The notes below the pieces were generated by a model that worked only from the letters and a program-made list of their open reading frames with translations, did not search any database and was not told the DNA's origin. Shown here in pieces: positions 28,492-39,600 of a DNA stretch of 64,000 nt. A program made the translations under genes and the position numbers. The stretch is from Selaginella moellendorffii (taxonomy: Eukaryota; Plantae; Lycopodiophyta). Positions within the stretch are counted from its first letter, which is position 1. Every line of letters starts with the position of its first letter. The stretch is from NCBI RefSeq assembly GCF_000143415.4, contig NW_003314317.1, positions 999,183 to 1,063,182 on the forward strand, in the 5' to 3' direction.

Positions 28492-29329
28492 CTAAAGTAT
28501 GGCAAGCAATATGTTGGTGTCAACGTCCTGGGTCCATAGTCCACCTAAGCAGCTTGGGGACGAGGTGGCGCTTGTGTGGCGCATAAAAAACTTTTTACTG
28601 ACTTAGTGTGAAGGCCTGACGATTGTGGGTGTTAAACATCGTGTGAAGACTTAAACTCAACAATGTTAACATGTGAGGACTCTAGCAATGGATTGAGCAT
28701 CACGATGTCATGCAATTGTCAACAAGATATTAACACGTGGCCTCCCGGAACAGCGCCAACAGAGATCCGTGGTGGTCCGCATTCTTCTTCTCGGTCGCTT
28801 CCTCGCCGCCGTGCCCCGCAAGCGGCACTGCCACCACCAGGATCGACGCTCCTCTGTCCGGTCCCGTGTCGGTGACCGGAAGCCCTCTCTGTGGTCGTGG
28901 GATTAAGTCGCTGTGGAGAAATCACAAGGAGCCCAATCCTTCCGGCTCTCAGCTTCGATCGCGGCGTCCACGTGTGGATCTGCGTTGGCGCTAGGAATAG
29001 CTTATGTGTTAGATCGACTCGGCAGGATATTTTCGGGAGCTCAGGATCGGCAGGGTCGGTTGACGACATTGCTTCACTACCCTAGCAGCGCGGGCATGTG
29101 AATGCAGGCAGTAGCAAGTGTAGCCTTTGCTCTGCCCATGTCATCTTCTTCAAGACCGAGTGCTAGGTACTGCAAGAAAAGCTTCTCTAGTTTGTGATCT
29201 TACTTTGGTGGCACTAATCTTCTTCGTTTTCCTTTCCAGGTGTGTAGTTGATTGTTATTTGCAACAGGTGTGTGATTTGGGCACAAAGTGTCTTCAGTAG
29301 CAACCCCTACCAATGCAAATTCAAGGTGG
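28492..29329 (+). mobile_element. Probable 5' part of the decayed gypsy element split by the DNA transposon
   Basis: Joins 42647 onward across the GTGG TSD. No clear intact domain. Confidence 0.45.
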
Positions 29330-29989
29330 AAGCTCTATTTCGTTAAAGTGGGATTTATTCAGTAAAATGGGACTAGGTACAAATTTTCAAGTATTTGAAA
29401 ATGACGTGAAATTATATGTTTTTTGTCCAGGGGCTAGACATATCTGGGGCATGGTGACTAGCGCGGTGACCTTATGTCCAGACTGAGTCCATCTAGTTGT
29501 ATAATAAATCTCATTGTCAAGGTGAACAAGCCGAATCTGAAGCTAAAGAAGAGCGATGGCATGCGCGCACACACTATTTGTTTGTTCATTGAGCGTGTGG
29601 TGAGCTTTCCAAGATGAACATCATTCCTATTAGCCAGACATATAACTTAATGGTGAGAACATTTAGATATTATTCAATGTTATCTTTTTCTAACGAATCT
29701 AATTGTGAAGGTGTAGCAAGAGGCATTGCTAGTCTGGAGAAGTCATTTAACTCATTTGACCCTTAGTGTATTTTCATGAAACTAAATAACATTCATATTA
29801 TTAAGGAATTTCTCTAGTACCTTTTTTTTACGACATAGAGGCTTGCATTTCTTTCAAAGGTGATTTAGTAAAAGGCCTGAGGGCACATGCCATTCTATTT
29901 CTCAGACCGGTATTAAGATATACTAGTGCAAAGGGAAAAAGGTATTTGGTGATCAAGTAAATGGCATGAGGGCACATGCCATTATAAGC

Positions 29990-30311
29990 CTAAGCGCTAG
30001 TGGACACCTCCTTTTTGGTACTCTCAGCGGTACTATCATCCTTCTCCGGGTCAGTTGTTTTGCTTTGGATTGTTGTCTCTGACGTTACTGGGGCGTTCTC
30101 GATAGTTGTTAATGTTGCCGTTTGTTCAGAAAAATGATCACCTGGAGTATAGTACGGGGAGTTTGGAAGACTTATATATTCTACATCTTCACCTATCTCC
30201 TTCTCCGTCTCCTTTTCTGCCTCACTTACAGATTTTGTGCTTGCCATGAGAACGCTCTTCACCCTAAAATATGGAGTTCGTTGTGTTATAAAAGGAAACC
30301 AACACACACGC
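29990..30311 (-). CDS. Possible extra or alternative exon downstream of the transposase
   Basis: Open frame after a TTGCAG acceptor; low-complexity product. Confidence 0.3.
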
Positions 30312-30462
30312 TGCAAGGGAATGATGGTACATAAAGCACGTAAGCCCACAATATGGGTTTATGTGCCATTAATATGGGCCACACGCCATATTATTAGATT
30401 TATGCACGTGTGATTGGTAAATGCATATGTCACATCATCTTTGTTTTACCTCACACACTATA

Positions 30463-33400
30463 TCAAGCCTCCTCTGATTCAGATTCGGATTGTTCACCTT
30501 GAAATAAAATACATTAGAAACTTTGTAAAGGAATATTAATGAATCTCACCTTGAACCCGAGTTATGAATGCTCTTGCTGCATCTCTTGCATGGTCTGGCA
30601 AGGTGATGGTGGCACTCTGCTTCCGCATCCAACCATGCACAACATTATCCACCGATATGCTCATGCTGGGATCCCTTGGATTCAGCACCCATCTCTTTTC
30701 TAGGCAATCCTTCGTATATCCGGAACTTGGCTTGAACCACTCCACAGTTACATTGAAGGAGTTAGTTTCCGCGTCCTCCTCTGCATCAGTGATGTAGCGC
30801 CCCACCCATATCATTTGTTTTTTATTACTGGGTCTGACAAGCACGACCATTCCTTTGCAGACCTGTACTGGATTGAATGCTGAATCCGGCTTCTTGTTCC
30901 TCGGCCCACAATAGTGATCCTCAACATCGTTATCTGTCACTGCATTTCCAGAGGACATTGTTCCGCTACTATCTGGTGCTCTGGGTTCTGGCCAAAAGGA
31001 CTCTTCCAATTCTTCATATACAACCGGCCCATTTTGGATAGCAGATATAATCTTCTCCCAGTATTCGAGCAAAGGCTTGCACCTCTGAAAATAGGATTCT
31101 CCACCAAACACCAACCCCCTCTTCCAGAAGGCAATATGCTGTCTAATCCCGGCCACTATACTTTCCTGGTCTTTGAGTCCATCCGGGTGCATCGGCCGTG
31201 GGGAACCCTGAGGAATCATAGGTTCCCCAGTTATGGGATCTCTCTTGAAGAGTTCAATGCCGTCCACTGGCAGCCACACTGTGTCCCATTCTCTCATCTT
31301 GTACCTCATCACTGGAGCACCGTCACACATGTTGAAATGAAACTGAAGAGGCTTGGAGTGGCCAATCAGCGTTTCGGATCCATCCCTGATGTAGCCTCTT
31401 ACAAACCCCTTAAAGTCTGGAACCTCTGTCAGAAGTGCAGCTTCAACAGTGCCTTTGATGCAATTTTGGAATTCATCGTAGAGTTGTGGGAGGGTGAGGA
31501 CATTGGATCGCCGGAGGGACTCTGCCAGGTGACTGAACATGGCATCGACGTCTTCATGAGTGTGCCCAACCATGAGAAAGCCAAGTGTAACCGTTTCAAA
31601 TATGCCTTTGGCAACAAGCATCGCCAAGTACGCGAAGACGTACATGTTTTTGTTCTCACTGCCAGCATTGTCTGTTTGGAGCAGAAGATGGGGTGGAAGG
31701 CCACATCGGCCGCAAGAACTTCCTTGAGATTCTGCTTCGTTTGGATGAGGCTGTGCATTCACCGGGCGACCAGCCTCGTCGGAATGGCATGAGGCCTCAC
31801 GTGATAACCCTACAATCTGACGGCCAACATATTCACTGGGATGGCATGGGGCCCCACGCGATACTGCAAGCCTTTGCTCCTCCTCCAGCTGAACCCTGTA
31901 TGGGGTTCGATCGACAAGGGCCTTATGCAAGGGTTGGCTGTTCAGCTCAGTCTGCGCACTTTGCAGAGACCTTAAGTGTTTTGCTAGGGACGCAATCATC
32001 ATGTTTGCACCCCTGCCACCCCATAGAGGTACAAAGAAGTTCCCATAGTTCTGGGCACCATGCCCATGAGCGATTATGCCAAACAGAGACACAGGCAGCT
32101 GCATGGATGAAGAGATTGCCTTGGGGGCAGGATTGAGTCGAGGTAAGCACGTCTTTTTCTGGTCCATTTTGTCGTGGATGATGCAGAGGTAAGAGTCAGG
32201 TCTCTCCATGGAGAGAATCCTGTTATGATAATATGCAGTCCTGCAGCTTCTCTGCTCGATGTTGTGGTCGAGCCGCCTTCTAACCAACGTCTCTCGCTCT
32301 TGAGCGCTGCAAGAATTCTTCGACAAAGCCATTTTGATAGCAGTGCACTCGTCACACTTTGAAAAGCTGGAGTACTTTCCTATACTCACATCCCTGAACC
32401 TGTTGCTCCACAATCTACTAAATCTAGATTGGCTCAGCTTCCTGTAGCCATTACTCTGGAGTTCCCGATTCACATCTTCCAATATGGCCCCCTTGGTATA
32501 CATGGAAGGGAGAACTCGTTGGGTGTCTCGTGTTCCATCTTCCAAGAGGCGGGTTTTATGTGGTTGCTGCTCGCTACATGTCTCGACAAACCTCTTGAAG
32601 ATTGCCTCTCCATATACAACATGACCCCTGGTTTTGTGCGTACCGTCGTTCCCATGGACTGCCTGTTGAACCCTTTGTTCCTCGAACTCAGTTTTGATTC
32701 TGTAGAATGTGCTTCGAGGGACTCCATAAATGATTCTCCATGCCTTCATGCAGACCAAACCCCTCTGGAAGACCATGCCCCCCACCTGATGTTCTGAAGC
32801 ATCAACAGATGACCGTAATGCCTCATACACAAAATTGCGAGCTGCCTTCCAGGACAATGTCTTGTATCTTGCTCTCTCCTCTTCAATAGCATCCCAATCA
32901 GCATGTTGACAACACCTCCTCTTGCAACAAGCAACTGTCGAGACCATTCGAACCTCCATCGCCATTTTCTGCCTTTTCGGTTCGTTGCTCAGATCCCTTT
33001 GGCTGCGCTTTAGGAAGGTGTACTTTCTTTTCCCATGAAGAGATGTTCTGTCATCAGTTGTAGTGGTGTTTGATTGTGAATCCTTCACATTCTCAAACAC
33101 TAAGTGCCTCAATTTCCACCGCACAATGCTTCCAATAGTCAGACTGTTTTCTTCTGTGTCAACAACCTCTAAAATCGCAACTCCAATATCATCCCAGCCC
33201 AATTCTTGATTAGCAACCGCATCTCTTGGATCGACAACTGTGGCTAAGCCCTCAGCTACCACCTCCCCCTCAGGGTTGTTTAGAAACACTTTTGCCTGAA
33301 TCCATGTAGCACGGTTCTTAAGATCCACGGAGGGAACATGCGTCGCACTTGCGCTGTCCCCAACATCTGCTTTCTTCTGAAGATTTTTCAAGGCAACAAC

Positions 33401-33604
33401 AACATTTACCCCGACGACCATCTCTCCTCGTTCAATAGCGACCACATTCCCATCGAAGACAGTCTCTACTGATACAGCAGCATTGCCTTCCCCAAGCCTT
33501 TCACAGTGTATAACAAAGTTCCGATCCATAGACACAAGGGTCCCTTTTGCAACTCTCTTCCCACCATTCAAAATGTAAACCTTTTCCCCAACCCTGAAGG
33601 CCAT
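30463..33604 (-). CDS. DDD-type transposase (Sola1-like / DUF7869-like)
   Basis: 1022-aa ORF with KCDEC, IHDKMDQKKT, LQTDNAGSENKN and FLMVGHTHEDVDAMF motifs. Probable terminal intron adds GEQSESESEEA* (stop at 30463-30465). The superfamily call is by recalled motifs plus the 4-bp TSD. Confidence 0.8.
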
Positions 33605-33724
33605 TCTGAAAGTGCAGAAAAGAAGTTAAGACCATACAAAAAATGATTGGAGAATGGCCTAAATCATAACATACCAAACAACCTCAATAGCATGAGGCCA
33701 CATGCCATTATCAAACATGCTATG

Positions 33725-33824
33725 NNNNNNNNNNNNNNNNNNNNNNNNNNNNNNNNNNNNNNNNNNNNNNNNNNNNNNNNNNNNNNNNNNNNNNNNNNNN
33801 NNNNNNNNNNNNNNNNNNNNNNNN
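33725..33824. other. Assembly gap (100 N)
   Basis: Run of N. Confidence 1.
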
Positions 33825-33998
33825 CTGACTAAGCAAGGGAAGAGCACGGATAGCGTCATGTTGCCAAATTGCAAGGGCCCAAGATGGCATGTGGCCTCAT
33901 GCCATTTCTAAATGTGGTCCTAAGCCATTCCATGGTGAACATACCAGGAAGCACAAGTGCCGAATATCAAGAGGAAGCGGTAGCCACACCAAAGACAG

Positions 33999-34135
33999 TG
34001 CCGCTCGCAACACCGCAACTACTCGTAGCGCCGCTCGCAACACCGCAACTGCTCGTAGCGCCGCTCGCACAAACTGCCACTCGCATAAACTGCCGCTCGC
34101 AATGGCGCTCGCAATGCCGCAACCGCTCGTAGACG
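33999..34135 (+). repeat. 30-bp GC-rich tandem repeat (GCCGCTCGCAACACCGCAACTRCTCGTAGC)
   Basis: Two clean copies plus degenerate copies. Confidence 0.75.
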
Positions 34136-34964
34136 CATAAACCACAGCCCACAACGCCGCTTACACAAGCAGCGCTCACTGCGCTCAGCGGAACCAAGAA
34201 CACGGCGCACAAAAATGATAGACCTAGGAATGAGTTCGAGAATTCAAAAATAACACACGCTTGAACGTCACATCAAATCCTCTGACAAACCAGATCTTAT
34301 GATTCCTCTGACAAATTTCAAACTGAGTAGCTTCTAGACTTTGCTGTCGGAGGTTGAACTTTGTCACATCATGTCCTTGCCTCGATCCAGCTGTGCCATG
34401 TCAGTGATTCGAACTTTGCCATGCCATGTCAGCGATCCGCGCCAAGATTATTCGCCGTGTAAAGGAATAATTACGCTGTGTGTGTACGTCCATTTATGGC
34501 AATATAAGGCCACACGCCATTCAAAGAATAATGCTCGACATAAGGCCACACGCCATTCAAAGAATAATGCTAGTCGAGCATTTTTTGGTGCATTTTTGGG
34601 TTCAAAATTGCATGAGCCCACACGCTATAAAGTTTACCTGTACCAAAAATAGAAACAGCTTTATTTACTTGGGAATTTAAGTGGTTGAGGCATTTTTAAA
34701 CTTACAAACACATGCCCTACTTACATTCCTTTGGTTGCCTAAAATTCAAAAATATTATAAACCTTTCTTTTTGCATTTTCAATGTTTTCAATTATGGTTT
34801 TTGATTTTCGTAGGACCAGCCTAGTAATCTATTTGCATCCCGTCATGTTTATAGCTAGCTTTCGTTCGTCCCCTTCGCTAGCCTGAGATACATCTGCTCG
34901 GCATCTGCCTCTTACAGCATTTGCCCAGAAAGGGCATCTTTCTTCACGCAGCATTTGCCACATG

Positions 34965-34997
34965 TTTAGGGTTTAGGGTTTAGGGTTTAGGGTTTAG
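34965..34997 (+). repeat. Interstitial telomeric repeat (TTTAGGG)x4.7
   Basis: Direct observation. Confidence 0.95.
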
Positions 34998-36625
34998 CAA
35001 TTCAGTAGCTTGATAAACATGCAAATACAGAACTTGATGCAAAATCCTTTGATATGTCACAATGCCCCTAGGACCATAAACACATTTCAATAGAGAGGGT
35101 CCTTTCATTTCATAACTCCTTACGTAGATCTTGGTGAAACCAGAGTTAGTGAAGTTAGTTTCTTGTGATCCCGCATCTGATTGTGATGTCCCTTTGCAGT
35201 TTCGATGGAAAGGTCAATGCACACCAAACTGTGAAATCTTGGAGCAAAATAACGGTCGGATCTATGGCAAATGCCCCTGAAACATTGTAAGGCTCGTGTG
35301 GTCTTATGTGGTGTCCGATTGAGATGCTTCTTTGCAGGGTCATCAAGAAAGACATTGTATACCATTCTGTAAAATCTAGTTGCGATCTAACGGTTGGATC
35401 TCCATAAAACTCAAAAAAATCTCGCGCGTGTCAGAATATCCTAGGAATATACTCCTATGTGCCCCTGAAAATGGCATGCGGCCCCACGCCATTCAAGAGA
35501 TAATGCCAGATGACGCCGAGAATTTTTTGGTGCATTTTTTGGGTTCAAAATTGCATGAGCCCACACACTATAAAGTTTATCTTTGCCAAATAAAGAAAAG
35601 TTTATCTGTGTCATGTGAGGTAGTTACAGTCCTTTGTGCTCGGCATCTGCCTCTTGCAGCATTTGCACTGAAAGGGAATTTTTCTCCATTCAGCATTTGG
35701 CCCTGAAAATGGCATGCGCCCACACGCCATTCAAGGAATAACGCCACAGGACGCCTGGATTTTTGGGTTTAAAATGTTTAGGGTTTTTTGGGTTTTTTCA
35801 AAATATTTTGGGTCCAACGTTTTTTGGGTTTCTTTGGTTCAAAATTGCATGAGCCCACACGCTATAATATTGATTTGAGAGAAAAATAGAAACAGATAGA
35901 ATTTCTTTATTTAGCTGAACATCTGCCATTTTTGGAAATACAAGATGCTTTGGAATATCCAATCATGCATGGTATAAATATAGCGAGGGTATTAAATGAT
36001 ATCCCAATCATGATCTTTCTTTTGGATTTCGCGTGCATGCAGTCCGAGGAATGATGACGTTGCGGATTTCTTTTGGATTTTGCATGCTTGCATGCGCGCG
36101 GCAATCCAGAAATTAATGGTGGCGCCCAAGTCCGAGGAATGATGACGTGGCGGGATTACCAACCGTTGTGACATTTCGCGCGTGTGAGGTTAGGTTTGCG
36201 ATTTTGCTTTGTACTCGCACTCGCACACTCGCGCTCGTGCTCGCACACTCGCGCTCACGCTCGCATCACACTCGCGCTCGCATCGCGCTCCCACTCGCGA
36301 TCACGCTCACATTCGCGCTCATCTACCTTCTCTACAGGTTTCTCGTGTGCATCGGCGTCCACTCGCGCTTGCATCACACTCGCGCTTGCATCGCGCTCGT
36401 GTGCATCGGCGTCCACTTCAAGACACACCCAGTTTGTAACTTTGCCGCCAACTCCGCCGCCCACTCCGCCACCCACACGCAGCCCACTTGGCGTCCCGGG
36501 AGATTTCAGTGCCACTCTCCAACTGTAAGTGGCAGAGTAGCCTTGCTGCTACGATCCGCTGCACACACAGTGCACATTCGCTAGCGAGTCCGGCCTTGAT
36601 TGTCACGGCCTCCATTCGACTTCAA

Positions 36626-39600
36626 ATGGTAAGTCTTTTAGGCCAAGTAGAAAATGGCATGAGGCCACATGCCATTCAGTAGCAACATTGGCATGCACCG
36701 ATTGGGCTCTCGAGTGCAGTCCGGTTACAGATGGCGTGTAGCCTCACGCCATCTTAGGATGCAGCCTCAAGACATCTGATGCAGTGGTGAATGGCGTGTG
36801 GCCTCACGTTATTTCCAGCTGCTAGCTTTTCATCTGTCAGCTCTAATTGTTGTGCATTTTTGAACAGGCGAGGAATTGCGTTCTTCTTCCAGCCACTGTC
36901 AATGTGGATGCAGAGAAGGGGGAGGAGCTCACCAGTTGGACTTTCGGGATGGAAGGCGAGGATCTGATGCTGTACAACACAGATGGTGGGAGAAAAGAAT
37001 GCATGGGGATCCTCATCCAAGTGACAGACACTCCATGCAGTTCCATGCAAGAATATGGACTGGCACTTGTGGTAGAGACAGCGTCCGCCTTCAAGATCCA
37101 CCTTGCACATCCTAGCGGCTTCCCGGAGGGGGGCAGCGGCTATGAGGAATTCCTAGAGGGAGCTAGGGAGAGGTTGTCCAGGAGGCCCACAATTTCAAAG
37201 ACGCTGCGGGTCTATGAAGATCATATGGAATCCACGGACCTCACCTACGGCGATGTTCAAAAACTATATTCCAACATTGAGCCGTTGAGAGTGCCTCCAG
37301 TTTGCGAAGCGAAGGGGAAGGGGGTCGATCTGGAAACTACCCCGAAGCAGAAAAGGGTGGTCAAGCTCAAGCCGACGTCCGACTCTGCTGCTCCAAAAAA
37401 GAAGCTACTCGGTGATGCCATTGCCTCGGGTTCGAACACTACACCCACCAAAAAGAAGAGCCGCAAAGAGCAGAAAGAGCAAGAAGAGGCAGCAAAAATC
37501 GTCGCAGATAATAGTACTTGTTACTATTCCAACAAAGTATTACAATCGACGTGAGCCGTATCGAGATCCAAAGCAAATACAACCACAGGCTAGTATCTGA
37601 TGAGTGGGTGGAGAAACTGAAGCAGAAGATGCTGGCAAGTCCAGTAACACCCGACATCGCAGACGTGATCCCCTACTACCGAACAATGAAGGGCGAGACG
37701 AGGTTTCCAGACTTGATCAATAGGAAGGTGTTGGACGATCAGAACATCCGGTTCTATGCCGTCTCCGGGCAGCATTCTAGCTTGGCGATGCAACAGATAG
37801 TTGTGGATATTATGGTGGGCGAGGAGGTGAAGAAAGTCTTCAAGACAAGAGTTGTCCGCCTGATAAAAGGCAACTCGCCCCTCCGATCTATCATATACAT
37901 CTCCCACGCGCAGAATGTCAAGCAAGAAACGTGCTACAAATCGGGTCTGCACGAGACATTGGCACGAACACGGAAGCTCTGGGTTCAACTGAAGAAGCCA
38001 CAAAAACCAGGACAAGGACGTGCACTAGCAACTAGCGCCTGGCAGGTAAGCCTCGTTGCATGTGGCATAGCATGTGGCCTCACGCCATTTCCATTGCAGG
38101 AATTCTCGAGTCTTCTCTCGAAAACACTGGGGGTCAATGACACACTCAGCATCCATAACATTCTACTCGCGACAAAAGTTGTTTTTGACAAATGGGTAGA
38201 TGTGCTAAGGAGGTACCATGACGGGGAGTTGCTAAACTCAATGGGTGTGGAGGACGGCCGGAAGCCCAATGATTTGAAGCTCAACGCCTTGCATTTCTCG
38301 CGGTCTCTAGACGACGACGACCTTCTGACAGTGGCTAATGCTCTTCTACTTGGTGAGGTAGTCTTCAACAAGACCAAAATGACTCCCGGCCATATTGTGA
38401 CATACGAGGACTTGTGCACGACTCTGAGAGCTCGTGCGCTATTGAAGGATTGGATCTTCGAGCAAGTGGCCGTGGCGAGGGTGAGCATCGACACCACGCA
38501 AGAGATGATGGAAGAGCTGGACTTGTCAAATGAAGACATCGACGAGTACGTGAAGGGGGCCCCCAAGTTCATCGATCTGCTGCGGGATGCCACGAAAAGT
38601 AAAGCTGAGAAGTTGGATCAGTATCCAAATTTCATTAAGAGGGATGTCGACCGCCGGCTTCAGAAACAGCTCGACCCCGCAGCAGAGGCCTATCGAGAAC
38701 CTTACCGGGTATACGTGAATTCGGATGAGGATCAAAGGTGGAGGAGCATCGTTTCCCGTGGAGATGAGCAGGTCAAGAACATCTTTTGTGTGATGGACTT
38801 CACAAACGAGGAGATCACTCATGCAGACGAAGTCAGCTCCATCATTGACTTAATGGTGGGACTTGCAGAGGTGGAATCTTCAGTCCACTATATGATCTAC
38901 GACTCCGAATCCTATCACAAGTTCTGGAAGGCCTTGAACGAGGTGAAGGCTCGGTTGAAAGGCAAGGAGATGCGGGAGATCCATGGGATAATGGCTAAGA
39001 AGAAGATACCGACGAATGTCCGCATCTTCACAGTCGCCCTTGTTATTGGTCCTGCAGAAAAGTGGGACTGGAGTGACTTCCCAGCTTCGTTCAACAAAGC
39101 CGATCGAATTGATCTGAGGGAGGTCAATTTACCCGTGCCTGAGGAACTGAAGACGGCTATGGAGCTTTCGAATCCAAAGAAAGCTCCAGGTGCAGCATGG
39201 GAAATGCTCAGCTGGGTCTTCAACGCAATAGCGGGTGACTCCAAGGGCAAATGCGTTGTCGAGTACAACTGCGGCGGACTATTCTTTCGAGCCGCACTAC
39301 TCAAGGGTGTCCCGTGTGTTGCGGTGACAAACTCCATTGAAGAGGTGACTTCAATGGAGCATATAATTACAGTTGCCAAAGAAAAACAGTATCTTCTCTA
39401 CGAACCTGGTGAGTACGCACTTTAAGTTTAAATGTTATCTCACAAGCTCTGTATGCAGGAGCGTGGCCACCCCCAGATGCTGAAACGGCGTTAACAGCTA
39501 CTGATGTTAGGCCGAGGTCACAACCTGCACAAGGTAAGGTCACGTGAGGCCTCACGCCATTTTGATTATAGATCGTTGTGAATATTCAGACACGAGGACT

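Noticed and set aside
30914-31792. Long antisense ORFs over the transposase, PPR, GRAS and LIP2 genes
   Set aside because: Shadow ORFs of real coding strands.
34965-34997. Chromosome end or healed break
   Set aside because: Short tract internal to a TIR-bounded element.
38700-39400. Active N6A/N4C DNA methyltransferase
   Set aside because: No DPPY/SPPY/NPPY and the FxGxG equivalent is degenerate; kept only as a fold-level hypothesis.
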